Shown: positions 52,122-64,000 of the stretch, piece after piece | Position numbering within the stretch: the first letter of the stretch is position 1 | Layout: each line of letters begins with the position of its first letter | DNA from: Lytechinus pictus | Lineage: Eukaryota | Length of the DNA: 64,000 bases | NCBI RefSeq assembly: GCF_037042905.1 | Contig: NC_087245.1 | Span: 40,488,001 to 40,552,000, forward strand | Reading direction: 5' to 3' | Translations under genes and position numbers: made by a program | The notes under the pieces: generated by a model | What the model was told of the DNA's origin: nothing | What the model saw: the letters and a program-made list of their open reading frames with translations, nothing else | Databases searched by the model: none

Positions 52122-55100
52122 TCAGTTGTCTGGGTCCAGGGAGCATCTTTTCTTGGTAAGAATGTTTCCTGCCAATGAGAACATGCATTCAGAAGTAACG
52201 CTTGACATCGGGCACGTTTGAAAAGAAAGAGCTGTTTGAGTCAAGTTTGGGAATTCTCTCCCGTTCTCTCCGAAATATTGGAGAACGGCTTCCTGACTGC
52301 TCGTTGTGTCTATGTTAGGTTTATCTAGGTAACGCTTGAGTTCTCTTGATGCGACACCGCGGAGCGATTCATTATGCACTGCGATGTCATCGTCACTCTC
52401 GGGCTCTGATGCGGCCAGTATTCCTGCCATTAGAGACGCTGTTGCTCTTCGTCAGTCTCATCCTGATCTTCATGAGCTGCCAAGAATGGTGTAGTGTATT
52501 TCCTCTCAATGACGGAGGTGATGGAGCGTTCAGAAGTAACGCTTGACATTGGGCACGCTTAAAATGAAAGAGCTGTTTGAGACAAGTTTGGGAATTCTCT
52601 CCCGTTCTCTCCGAAATATTGGAGAACGACTTCCTGACTGCTTGTTGTGTCTATGTTAGGTTTCTCTAGGTAACGCTTGAGTTCTACTGATGCAACATCA
52701 CGGAGCGATTCATTATCCACTGCGATGTCATCGTCACCATCAGGCTCTGTTGCAGCCAGTATTCCTGCCGTTAGAGACGCCCCTTCGATGTTGGTTGCTG
52801 CGTGACGGTCTTGAACTGGAGGCGGAGGTTGATGGTTGATGGGTGTTGCAGGGCTACCATTGTTGCCAGCGTATTGGTGTATGCAATCGAAGATTGGTGT
52901 AGTGTATTTCCTCTCGATGTCGGAGATGATGGAGCGTTCAGAAGTCACGCTTGGCATTAGGCACACTTGAAAAAAAAGAGGTGTTTGAGTCAAGTTTGGG
53001 AATTCTCTCCCGTTCTCTCTCCCGTCTCCCGCCTTCCTGGCTGCTCGTTGTGTCTATGTTAGGTTTCTCTAGGTAACGCTTGAGTTCTCTTGATGTGACA
53101 TCACGGAGCGATTCATTATCCACTGCGATTTCATCGTCACTCTCGGGCGCTGTTGCGGCCAGTATTCCTGCCATTAGAGACGCTGTTGCTCTTCGTCGGT
53201 CTCATATCGTGATCTTCATGAGCCGTCGAGATTGGTGTAGTGTATTTCCTCTCAATGACGGAGATGATGGAGCGTTCAGAAGTAACGCTTGACATCGGGC
53301 ACGCTTGAAATGAAAGAGCTGTTTGAGTCAAGTTTGGGAATGCTCTCCTGTTCTCTCTGAAATATTGGAGAACGACTGCCTGACTGCTTGTTGTGTCTAT
53401 GTTAGGTTTCTCTAGGTAACGCTTGAGTTCTATTGATGCAACATCGCGGAGCGGTTCATTATCCACTGTGATGTCATCGTCACTATCAGGCTCTGTTGCG
53501 GCCAGTATTCCTGCCATTAGAGACGCCCCTTCGATGTTGGTTGCTGCATGACGGTCTTGAACTGGAGGTTGATGGTTGATGGGTGTTGCAGGGCTACCAT
53601 TGTTGCCAGCGTATTGGTGTATGCAATCGAAGATTGGTGTAGTGTATTTCCTCTCGATGTCGGAGATGATGGAGCGTTCAGAAGTCACGCTTGGCATTGG
53701 GCACACTTGAAAAAAAAAGAGGTGTTTGAGTCAAGTTTGGGAATTCTCTCCCGTTCTCTCTCCCGTCTCCCGCCTTCCTGGCTGCTCGTTGTGTCTATGT
53801 TAGGTTTCTCTAGGTAACGCTTGAGTTCTCTTGATGCGACATCGCGGAGCGATTTATATTATCCACTGTGATGTCATCGTCACTATCAGGCTCTGTTGCA
53901 GCCAGTATTCCTGCCGTTAGAGACGCCCCTTCGATGTTGGTTGCTGCGTGACGGTCGTGTGGTCCAGTGGTTAGAGCATTGGACTCATAATAGCAAGGTT
54001 GTGAGTTCGAATCGCAACTCTGCCATTGTCTCCACTGACGGAAGGGGCTAAGGTGGGCGATACCTGATCACCTTTTTTTCTGCAAATGACCCCTTCTATG
54101 TACCTTGATGTTTAACAGATTTTTGTAGGCTTCATATTTTTTCGCTTGCATGTTTGTTGAATTGGTAGTCTGGGAAGACCTTGACAAAACCTGTGGAAAC
54201 ATTCAAAAGGAGATAAGTATACATCACTTTTTCCAACTGCCCGATTGATCGATTTGGCACGGCCGCTACCCTTCTCATTTCCTTTTTCTCTCAATTGTTT
54301 GAGTGATTGCTAGCTGGGCTGGTCTCTTGTGAGCTCTCACTAGATCTTGTTTGTGCAGCTTGAGGAGAGGCGTTCTAACAGGGGAACAACTAGCCCTGCC
54401 CCAGCGAGTCAGCTACTTTGAATAGAGATTAGGAAGAAATTTTGCACTTCTGAATTTCCGTAATGAAGATAAATTGCTACAATTCGATTGAAAACATTGA
54501 AATGGAAAGATTCCAAAGTACATACATGTAAGAACAATTAAGAAAATTGAAAGATTGGGAAAGTTAACTGATATCGACCAATGAAATATAAAGTTCCTTT
54601 TGAATAGTGGACTTCTCTTTAATACATTGGTGAATTTCTTTCAACACTTTCAGCTTCTCCTCTTCAATGTGGAGCCTTTGCTTTATGTCTAGCTACTCAA
54701 ATTTAAAGGACAAATCCACCTCAACAAAAAGTTGACTTGAAGTTGAATAAAAAATATTATGAAATCTGAACTGCACAAAAAATTATCACATCAATTTAAG
54801 TAATACAACAAAAACAAAAATTCAATAAACTTGAAACTTGATCTTATTCTTATCTTCATATCTGCGAACAATCAGTTTTAACAAATGTAGTGATAGTTGG
54901 CCTTGATAACTGGTAATTTGTTTAGGTTGTCTGGGTCCAGGGAGCATCTTTTCTTGGTAAGAATGTTTCCTGCCAATGAGAACATGCGTTCAGAAGTAAC
55001 GCTTGACATCGGGCACGCTTGAAATGAAAGCTGTTTGAGTCAAGTTTGGGAATTCTCTCCCGTTCTCTCCGAAATATTGGAGAACAAGTTCCTGACTGCT

Positions 55101-57865
55101 CGTTGTGTCTATGTTAGGTTTCTCTAGGTAACGCTTGAGTTCTCTTGATGCGACATCGCGGAGAGATTCATTATCCACTGCTACGTCACCGTCACTATCA
55201 GGCCTCTGTTACGGTGTATTCCTGCCATTAGAGATGCCCCTTCGATGTTGGTTGCTGCGTGACGGTCTTGAACTGGAGCCGGAGGTTGATGGTCGATGGC
55301 GTGGCAGGGCTACCATTGTCGCCATCGTCCTTGGTGTATGCAGTGGGCGTCTGGTTGTCAATGTCGGAGTCATATGGGTCGCCGTTGACGCCGTATTCTT
55401 GGGTTTGCTGTTGCTCTTCATTGGTCTCGTCCTGATCTTCATGAGCCACCGAGATTGGTGTAGTGTATTTTCTCTCGATGACGGAGATGATGGCGTCTAT
55501 AACCGCTACTTCCACCTGCTCCCGTTTGTTGCGGGGATGAACTTCTTGTATCTGTGATGAAAAGATGTGGAAACAAAACAAATAATTTAGAAAGTGAATG
55601 AAAAAAATTGTCGCATTAGTGAAAATAGGAACACAATTTATTTTACATTATTTTCCACTTTGCCAAGAAAGATGAATAAATGTAAAACAATAAGTTTCAC
55701 ACTTTACTTTGCATTGGCCCGGGACTTATACCAAACAACAGATGTGTGCAATGCCCAAGGACTTGGTCCTTTATTTTGTTAAAGAATTTTTTTAATTACT
55801 GGCATGGAAAAGGACCCAAAATTTTCATTTTTGGCTTTCTATTTCCAATGAAACTACAATTCTGATGTTTCTTTATTGCTACACTCTTGCATGGACTTGG
55901 TGTTATATTTTACCACTTATATAAGTTGGATTAAAAGTAAACTTACTGAGGATCTAGCAGAGTTGCTGCCAAGAAGATGTGGTCTTTGTCATCAGACATG
56001 ACGTAGGTCGCTATCACTTGGCATAGTTTCTTCAAGAGTTGATCTTTAGTGGCGCCTATCCCCCTCACCTGAGCATGCTCCACTGACACAATAAGCCCCT
56101 TTAATGTTGGAAAGTATGATGAAAGTGAAAAGGTTGTCTTACTGCACAGTTTCCACCTCACTTTATAGCAGTCGCTGAAAAGATCAATTATGAAAAAATA
56201 TACATTTAATTAATTTCATTTACATTAACATAAATAATTCATAGTTGTGTAATAGGTTACTGATGATGTTTGTATCTCTTTACTCAACAGGTGAAGAGAT
56301 CATGATGTCTACTATATACAAAAATTGCTTTATCCCCAACTTGCGTACAGATTAGGGGGGTGGGGGGAGGGCATGGACCTTCCAAAGTGAACTAATCATT
56401 CTCTCTCTTCTGTTATCACATATCTGGTGGGGTTAAATGATTGAATACGATAGTGAAGTTCACATATGATCAATTCTGATCACTACTTCTTGCAAACTGT
56501 GTTGATATATTGTCATATGATAAAAATACTAAGTTCATTGACCTTAAATCACCCTGGACTTTAATCATATGACATGAAACTTGTGCAAAATCACACTCTG
56601 ACTGTCGACTCATTAAGAATTGTTTAGCTGTGACTATTTTGATGTCATCGTCACTATCAGGCTCTGTTGCAGCCAGTATTCCTGCCATTAGAGACGCTAT
56701 TGCTCTTCGTTGGTCTCATCGTGATCTTCATGAGCTGCCAAGAATGGTGTAGTGTATTTCCTCTCAATGACGGAGATGATGGAGCATTCAGAAGTAATGC
56801 TTGACATCGGGCACGCTTGAAATGAAAGAGCTGTTTGAGTCAAGTTTGGGAATGCTCTCCCGTTCTCTCCAAAATATTAGAGAACGGCTTCCTGACTGAT
56901 TGTTGTGTCTATGTTAGGTTTCTCTAGGTAACGCTTGAGTTCTCTTGATGTGACATCACGGAGCGATTCATTATCCACTGCGATTTCATCGTCACTCTCG
57001 GGCTCTGTTGCAGCCAGTATTCCTGCCATTAGAGATGCCCCTTCGATGTTGGTCGCCATTGACGCCGTATTCTTGGGTTTGCTGTTGCTCTTCATTGGTC
57101 TTGCTGTTGCTCTTCATTGGTCTTGTCCTGATCTTCATGAGCCGCCGAGATTGGTGTAGTGTATTTGCTCTCGATGACGGAGATGATGGCGTCTATAACC
57201 TCCACCTGTTCCCGTTTGTTGCGGGGATGAACTTCTTGTATCTGTGATGAAAAGATGTGGAAACAAAACAAATAATTAAGAAAGTGAATGAAATTTTTTT
57301 TTCGCATTAGTGAAAATAGAAACACAATTTATTTTACATTATTTTCCACTTCGCCTAGAAAGATGAATATATGTAAACAATAAGTTTCACACTTTACTTT
57401 GCGTTGGCCCGGGACTTAAACCGAACAACAGATTTGTGCAATGCCCGAGGACTTGTCCCTTTATTTTGTTAAAGAATTTTTTTAATTTCTGGCATGGAAA
57501 AGGACCCAAAATTTTCATTATTGGCTTTCTATTTCCAACGAAACTACAAGTCTGATGTTTCTTTATTGCTACACTCTTGCACGGACTTAGTGTTATATTT
57601 TACCACTTATATTAGTTGGATTAAAAGTAAACTTACCGAGGGCCTAGCAGAGTTGCTGCCAAGTAGATGTGGTCGTTGTCATCAGACATGATGTGGGTCG
57701 CCATCACTTGGCATAGTTTCTTCAAGAGTTGATCTTTAGTGGCGTCTATCCCCCTCACCTGAGCACGCTCCACTGACACAATAAGCCCCTGTAATGTTGG
57801 AAAGTATGATGAAAGCGAAAAGGTTGTCTTACTGCACAGTTTCCCCCTCACTTAGCAGTCGCTGA
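52122..57865 (-). mobile_element. Decayed, intron-containing hAT transposase 3' region, repeatedly duplicated
   Basis: hAT dimerisation domain ELKRYLEKPNI..VLQYFGENGREFPNLTQTALSF..PMSSVTSE.MFSLAGNILTKKRCSLDPDN (complete at 52122-52430 and ~54925-55200; partial in five more places). Upstream exon FLAATLLDP (55945-56175, 57635-57865) splices GT-AG to YKKF, giving the hAT LDPRxK-type motif. Frameshifts and stops present. Confidence 0.85.
53953..54035 (+). mobile_element. tRNA-derived SINE head at a breakpoint of the hAT array
   Basis: A box TGGTCCAGTGG and B box AGTTCGAATC; no good cloverleaf acceptor stem. Confidence 0.6.
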
Positions 57866-58320
57866 AAAGATCAATTATGAAAAAATATACATTTAATTAA
57901 TTTCATTTACATTAACATAAAGAATTCATAGTTTTGTAATAGGGTTACTGATGATGTTTGTATCTCTTTACTCAACAGCTGAAGAGATCATGTTGTCTGT
58001 ACTGTATACAAAGATTACTTTACCCCCAACTGGCGTACAGATTAGGGGGGACCTTTCAAAGTGAACTTATCATTCTCTCTCTTCTGTTATCACATATCTG
58101 GTGGGGTTAAATGATTGAATATGATATTGATAGTGAAGTCCACATATGATCAATTTTGATCACTACTTCTTGCAAACTGTGTTGATATATTGTCATATGA
58201 TAAAAATACTAAGTTCATTGACCTTAAATCACCCTGGACTTTAATCATATGACATGAAACTTGTGCAAAATCACACTCTGACTGTCGACTCATTAAGAAT
58301 TGTTTAGCTGTGACTATTTC
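55375..58320. repeat. ~1.27 kb direct duplication (55375-56640 vs 57050-58320)
   Basis: Colinear exon and intron sequence; ORFs 55943..56161 and 57633..57851 are offset by 1690 bp. Confidence 0.9.
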
Positions 58321-58594
58321 CTTCCGTGTATATCGTTTGGCGTCTCTTTCTGGTGCGCAAAGTTTCCTAAGTTCAATCTCGGATATCCCTGCAAATATGA
58401 TACAACAAAGTTAAAAATTGATAGTATATACAATAGTAAATAAATGGAATATATTTTTTGTAGAAAATAAAGATAATACTATAAAACTTTGAAACAAGAG
58501 TTCATAAAAAGACTAGTTACATATTGACATAATTACATATAATATCGGATTCAGTTAAATCAAGTCACAATTACATACATAAACAGTCATATAT

Positions 58595-59418
58595 TACACG
58601 GCATCCAGAGCAAGCAAGCACTCTTCCTGCTCTTGTTGTTGACAATGTCTCTTAGCTGCTTCGTCTTTTGGTCGCTGTTGAGGCTCCCTGGGAACTGGAT
58701 GATGACCCGCACAAGGATCGCCTGGAATCAACTATCTTCGCAAAATCCCCATTTTATAGTCCTCTCCTTCCCATTGAAGACGTCGCCTCCATTGAAATTA
58801 CTCGCGGCGAGGCCCTCCCTTGTGAACTGCGTTGACAGAAAGTATAGGATCAGGCCTGTGACATCCGTGGCTGACTCCCAGGCCCGCAGATACTTGCATC
58901 AGATGACCCAATCAGCACTTAGTTGTTGGCAATGGTCGAGTACTTCAGTGAAGCCTTCTCCTGGTACTGTCCTTTCAGTTCACGAACCTCTTTCCTCAGC
59001 GCAGCTGGGCAAACTCATACAACATAGCCTGGTTTTGCTGCAGGAGTGTCTGGTTTTGTTGGTGGAGGAAGGCGGTCTGGTGGTGGAGTGCCCTCGTCTC
59101 AGACACCAGCTGCCCCACAATGTCCTCCAATCCATGTGGATTGGTTCCATAGGGACGATGCCAGGCGGAAACGGGCTGGGAGACAGGTTGAGAAGCTGAC
59201 AGGCCCTCCTCAGATTGATGTACAAGGATGAAGCCAGACTCGCTGTCACTGTTGAGATCCATGGACAGGTTGGAGAAGTCTCGGAATGTTTCATGGCCGT
59301 TAGCAACGGCTGGTACCATTGACACTGCGTCGGGACTGGAGGGCATGGATAGGTCTCTAGAAGCGGTGGGCAAGGACAGGTCTGTACACTGTAGCTGGAC
59401 TGTCAATGGGCGGGTCAA
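58595..59418 (-). pseudogene. Coiled-coil + BEN-domain protein pseudogene
   Basis: Heptad stretch LEDIVGQLVSETRALHHQTAFLHQQNQTLLQQNQAML..LRKEVRELK, then across frameshifts LILYFLSTQFTREGLAASNFNGG..K..FQAILVRVIIQFPGSLNSDQKTKQLRDIVNNKSRK, which fits the BEN pattern (FTxEELxxxxxxG...I...FP...IxxKxR). Internal TAA and TGA. Confidence 0.65.
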
Positions 59419-60148
59419 CGGTAGGCGTGGTCACGGGGGTAGGAGACCTGGATGGCCGACGAAATATCGGGAGTTTGCTCACCTTCTCATCGGATCTGAA
59501 AAACTGGACTTAATCTGTTCGAATTGGACTGCAACTACCAATAGATGATTAAATTCCCCTAACTTCGTCACTGAAGCATAAAGGCAATTTGCTTGAGTCT
59601 ATCATTGACAGCACCCTGGCCGTGCTGGTACTGGTACATGTAGTACAGCTCTGTGCTGTCTGCACTTCACGAGCTACGTGAGCTTGCGCATATACTGCTA
59701 GTCAGATGACGCGCAGCGAGCCATCAAGGCAACCACGTGCCTGCATGGTTTTAGTGTATATCTCTATATGGTAGGCTATCTTGTTTTAATGGCGTAGTAT
59801 GTCATTAAAACAAGATTTAAAAATATTTCATGATGTCCTTTCCAGGGATCCATATTTAGCTGATATGAATTTCCATTAGAAATGTTTTAATTAGTTGGCT
59901 TGGACAGTAGACACATTCATGCAATTTTCCCTTTGAGAATCAACTGCAAATGCAAATGAAAGTAAACAAACTGAAATTTGGTCAAACTTGTTCAAGAAAG
60001 CAATACTTGATGGTGCATAACTGACAAAACCCAAGATGTCGTTGAAAAGCACGTTGGGATATCGTGCTTTCAGATGGTATGAATATCATTGCTTGTAAAC
60101 AAAACTTTTGCTTGTTGAATCTCATATTCATGTAATAATACTCTGTAC

Positions 60149-63100
60149 CTTTTACTGCTGCCACCTTTTCAGCTGGTAGAGAGGGCCTACCCTCTTTTTT
60201 ACAGAGTTTGCACTTTGTGCCTGTCAATGAATGACTAATCAGCTCCTCCCTGGTGAAGGCTGCTGCCATGAGGGCGTTCACTAAAGCCCTTGGTGTAGAT
60301 TTTGGAGGGTCACCGAGAGCTTCCTTACACAAGACCAAGTCCCCATTTGACGTCAAGAGCTAGTGCATGAAAAAAAAAGAGAGGAAATGCGAAATTATCA
60401 GTGTATGTTTTGGTAAAACACCAACAAATATTTTTGGCTCTTTGTTTCCATTGCACAATAACATTACATTGTCTCCAAACTTACATCCAAAATGTTGAGT
60501 TGTTTAGTGAGTCGTTTTACATATATATTTTCATCATTCATCTTATTACTTATACTCATTCTTGCTATAAAAAAATTATTTATAAGATACCCCAACAAGG
60601 GGAAAATTTTCTGGCAGTCTCCCCTGCATTACGCAATTCAATGTCGTGTAGCAGGGCACAATGCTGACTTTGATGGTAAACATACATTCATTTACCCTAA
60701 ATGACCTTTCACCTTGATCATGTGATCTGACACTGATGCAACTTCCAAAATAATCAGCGATACTTCAATAGCCTTTCGTTCACATATCATAAAAAAGGCT
60801 ATTGTCACCGCCGTCAACGCCATCAAAAAAGCAACACCTATAGTCTTGGTCTGCTATGCAGGCAAGACAACAAAAAACTCACCGATGACAAAACCCCCTC
60901 TATGGAAACCCTCTTCTTCAATGGTCTTGGCATCTGCGATGCTTGATAACGTAGGTGAGGTGTATGCCTCAATAAGATTAGTATCAATTGTGAATCTGGA
61001 TCCTGTCACAAATATCTTTAAGAAATTCAAAGAAAAGTATTTCATTTCATTAATATTAGGCATCAACATTTCTATATAATTCACAATTAGTTGTAAAATC
61101 AATACACATTTAATTTTCTAATTTTAATTAAATACAAATTGACACAACCAAATTTTTTTTATTTCTGGCAATATTACATGTTACTATTGCCAATAAACAA
61201 GACATAAAAAATTTCAATACATCATGTTCACATACAATTACAACTTTCTTTCACATAACATGTAACAGAAAAAAATATTCCATGCAAATTATTAACAAAT
61301 AAAAAATAGTAGGTTGATCCTGTCAACGCCATCCTCAGTTCTATAAAAACAAAAATAAATATAAATACATGGTGGACTCCTGGGCTCCGGCCGCAAAGCA
61401 GGCCACAGCCCTCTGGGTTAATCGTGACATAGCATCTTGACATCGAGACACAAACTAAAAGTGGAACCTTAAAGAAAAAAACCCTACATTGTAAATTCTG
61501 TTGCAGGAACAACCATTTTGTTTTGCGGTACTGCGACATAACTTTTTGTTTTTTATTAGGTTCCAATCTGTGACTGTGCCTCAATGTCAGGATCGATGCT
61601 GTGTCATGATACACCTTCATCCATATAATCATAATAGGGTTCTCATGCATATTTTCTGTTTCCACATTTTATTTTAAATAAATATTAATAATGCTCAATT
61701 CTTGTATAGTGCATCACACACAGCATAGCATGTCCCTATGCGCTTAAAGAAGAAATAGTGTAAGGTAAGAATAAAGTAATCAAGATATTTATATTGGACC
61801 ATTAGTTCAAAGTTGGTATTTTATGCATTGAATAGATATGTTTTAAGGGATCTCCTGAACCTACATAAATCACTTTGATGTCTCATTGAATTAGGTAAAT
61901 CATTCCAGAGGACAGCAGAGACATGAGTAAAAGCACGCTCACCATATGACTTTGTAAAGACAGAGGGAACAATGAATAATGCTTTTGAGCTTGATCTAAG
62001 ATTTCGGGATGGCTGGTAATATGATACTAAATCGAGTTAATAGGACGGGGCAATTTTATAAAAACAGTTGTGTGCAAAAACTAGAAGCTTGAATACAATC
62101 CCCCTATCTATATTCGGACTGCATTGCTACTACAAATAAATCTACCCCAGTTCCATCAATCTATTTATGCACAGTGCACTCCACCAGAGCTCCCCTGGGT
62201 TATGACCTAGCTAAATCTAACTTAATACTAACCCAGGAAGCTCCAGCCCGCAAAGCACGCCAAAGCCCAGGAATCCACCATACATTTAGACTCACAGGAT
62301 TGAGGTAGATGGGTTTTAATAACTTCATAAATAAAATGTGGAAACATAAATTATACACTTATGGATAAAGATCTATCGTAGGACAGCATCCTGACATCCA
62401 GGCACAGATTCAAACCCCCCCAAAAATAAGTTATGTTGCAGTACCTCTCCTTCTTTCAAAATTAAAACAAAATGGCCAATCCACCACAACAGAACTTTTC
62501 AGTTTTTTTTTTAGGTTCCAGTCTGTGACTCATGTCAGGATGCTGTCCCACAATGACCTTCATCTATATTATAATCATGGTAAGTGATTAATTCATGTTT
62601 CCACATTTTATTTATGAAGTTATTGAAACTTCAATTTACCCCTGACCCATGTCCGAGTCTACATGCACAGCAGACTCCTGGCCAAGACTCCTAACTTAGC
62701 TCCAGCCCACTTCGCAGGTTGGAGCTCCCTCGGTTAACTTAACACTCGAGTAGACTAGACTCTACTTCACAATTTCAACAAAGAATTTGTTAGTTTATGA
62801 TCTTGCCAGCTAGTATTAAATCTACTATTATTTGAAAGAAAGACTTAAATACGTCCCCTCCACTAAAAAAAACATAAGATTGTTGAGACTTCCAGTTCAT
62901 TCACATCCTGTTTCTCTACGACTCTAGACCCTAGATTAAATATGACAGTTTTTTTTCTTACCTTAGGCTTAGCTAAGATTCAAACTCGAGTCGTTGTAAC
63001 TGCAATCCAGATTTTTTCCACTAGGGAAAGTCTACACCATCAAGAAACACTAATATAGATCTATCTAGCCCTAAATTAGAGCTAGATATATTATTTTCAA

Positions 63101-63338
63101 CCTCTATTTTTATTTTCAATTTTAGTGGAGAGGACTTATGGAAGTCTTGCCTATTTGAATTGATCTGTAGACCTCTATAAAATGTGAATATTTTGTAAAT
63201 GAATTTTAGCCTCATCAGCATTGTAGCGGTCGCGCCCCTAGATTGACCACTAGGTGTGATACAAAAAACAATAGAATAGAAAACAAGGCACCTACCAGTG
63301 TTTTCCTGGAGAGATTCCTCAGATCCGGTGTTTTCCAT
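60149..63338 (-). pseudogene. Second, spliced BEN-domain gene (probably disrupted)
   Basis: Exon 60149-60359 (AG/GT bounded) encodes PRALVNALMAAAFTREELISHSLTG..RPSLPAEKVAAVK, a typical BEN N-half. Tentative upstream phase-compatible exons 63296-63338 (MENTGSEESLQENT) and 60883-61002; joining them to the BEN frame needs a 1-nt frameshift near 60328. Confidence 0.5.
62289..62659. mobile_element. Palindromic (foldback) MITE
   Basis: AATAACTTCATAAATAAAATGTGGAAACAT / ATGTTTCCACATTTTATTTATGAAGTTATT and GGACAGCATCCTGACAT / ATGTCAGGATGCTGTCC; older relative at ~61420-61670. Confidence 0.7.
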
Positions 63339-64000
63339 TCAAGAGCAGCTTCAAGTACAATCGTCTAACGTCCTCCGGTGTCTAAAGTGGCCTGGCGCCC
63401 TCTCTCGGTAGCCCCGTCAATACAGACCTGTATGGGGGTGGGGGTGACTTCCTACAACAGCATTAATAAACCCCATCATACAAGTTAGATAACAATAACA
63501 CAAAATAGACCCCTACCTTTGCATTTTCCCCGCACACTCGAAAGACCTTCACACCATCCTGCGACCCAACAGTGCACAATCTGCCATAAAATATGACCGC
63601 TCTGCAACTTTGAGCACCTTCATCATGGCCTCTCCATTAACGTCGACGTAAATGTCCAGACACCCAACGCCTTCCTCAAAGACACCTCCTCTGCAAAATT
63701 CGACATCTCTTTTACTTCTCAACTCAAATTTCTCTACGAGATATAATTTCATGAAACCCATTTTTCGACAAACCAAATAAACAACAAATGTAGCCAAAAA
63801 CAAAACAAAATAAATCACGTAAGACCTAGATTAGATTCACAGCTTCACAACATGTGCCTTCGTTTAATCAAGCTAGCATGCAGCTAACCCATGGAGCTCT
63901 GGCCCTGGGTTAGCATGCAGCTAGCTTGCGGCATAGGTACCCATAACAAAAAATCATCTAACATACACTATGCACTCAAAAATCAACCCCAAAACACTGT

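Noticed and set aside
52122..57245. CRISPR-like or repeat-protein interpretation of the array
   Set aside because: Units are hundreds of bp, encode hAT transposase pieces, lack unique spacers, and the DNA is eukaryotic with spliceosomal introns.
58727..58729. In-frame TGA in the BEN remnant as selenocysteine or readthrough
   Set aside because: The same remnant has a TAA and frameshifts; TGA is most simply a CGA deamination.
58633..59548. Plus-strand ORFs of 188 and 106 aa
   Set aside because: Antisense shadows of the GC-rich minus-strand BEN pseudogene; no recognisable motifs.
63549..63818. 89-aa minus-strand ORF as a named gene
   Set aside because: Looks exon-like (donor near 63516) but no family recognised and the frame is interrupted; only noted as part of the accessory block.

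Overview
AT-rich, intron- and repeat-rich animal genomic DNA. The repeat landscape suggests an echinoderm such as a sea urchin (inference). Three spliced genes reconstruct with GT-AG boundaries and consistent codon phases: the last seven coding exons of RFC1 (+, 337-14390), a complete EXD2 (-, 21238-26647, 572 aa) and a complete ABCD4 (+, 27961-49756, 635 aa). EXD2 and ABCD4 are head-to-head. Introns hold many non-autonomous DNA transposons (several nested, several with 6-bp TSDs), tRNA-derived SINEs, decayed LINE pieces and a Helentron-associated (HINE-like) element with an internal tandem array. From about 50.6 kb to the end is a decayed accessory block on the minus strand: a spliced hAT transposase whose C-terminal dimerisation segment is amplified about seven times, two BEN-domain pseudogenes and a duplicated unknown exon. 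Standouts are this BEN+hAT block, the decayed tandem copies of the EXD2 catalytic exon, and a ~4 kb segment bounded by long inverted repeats that encloses a LINE remnant. All homology calls are from recognition of motifs, not database searches.
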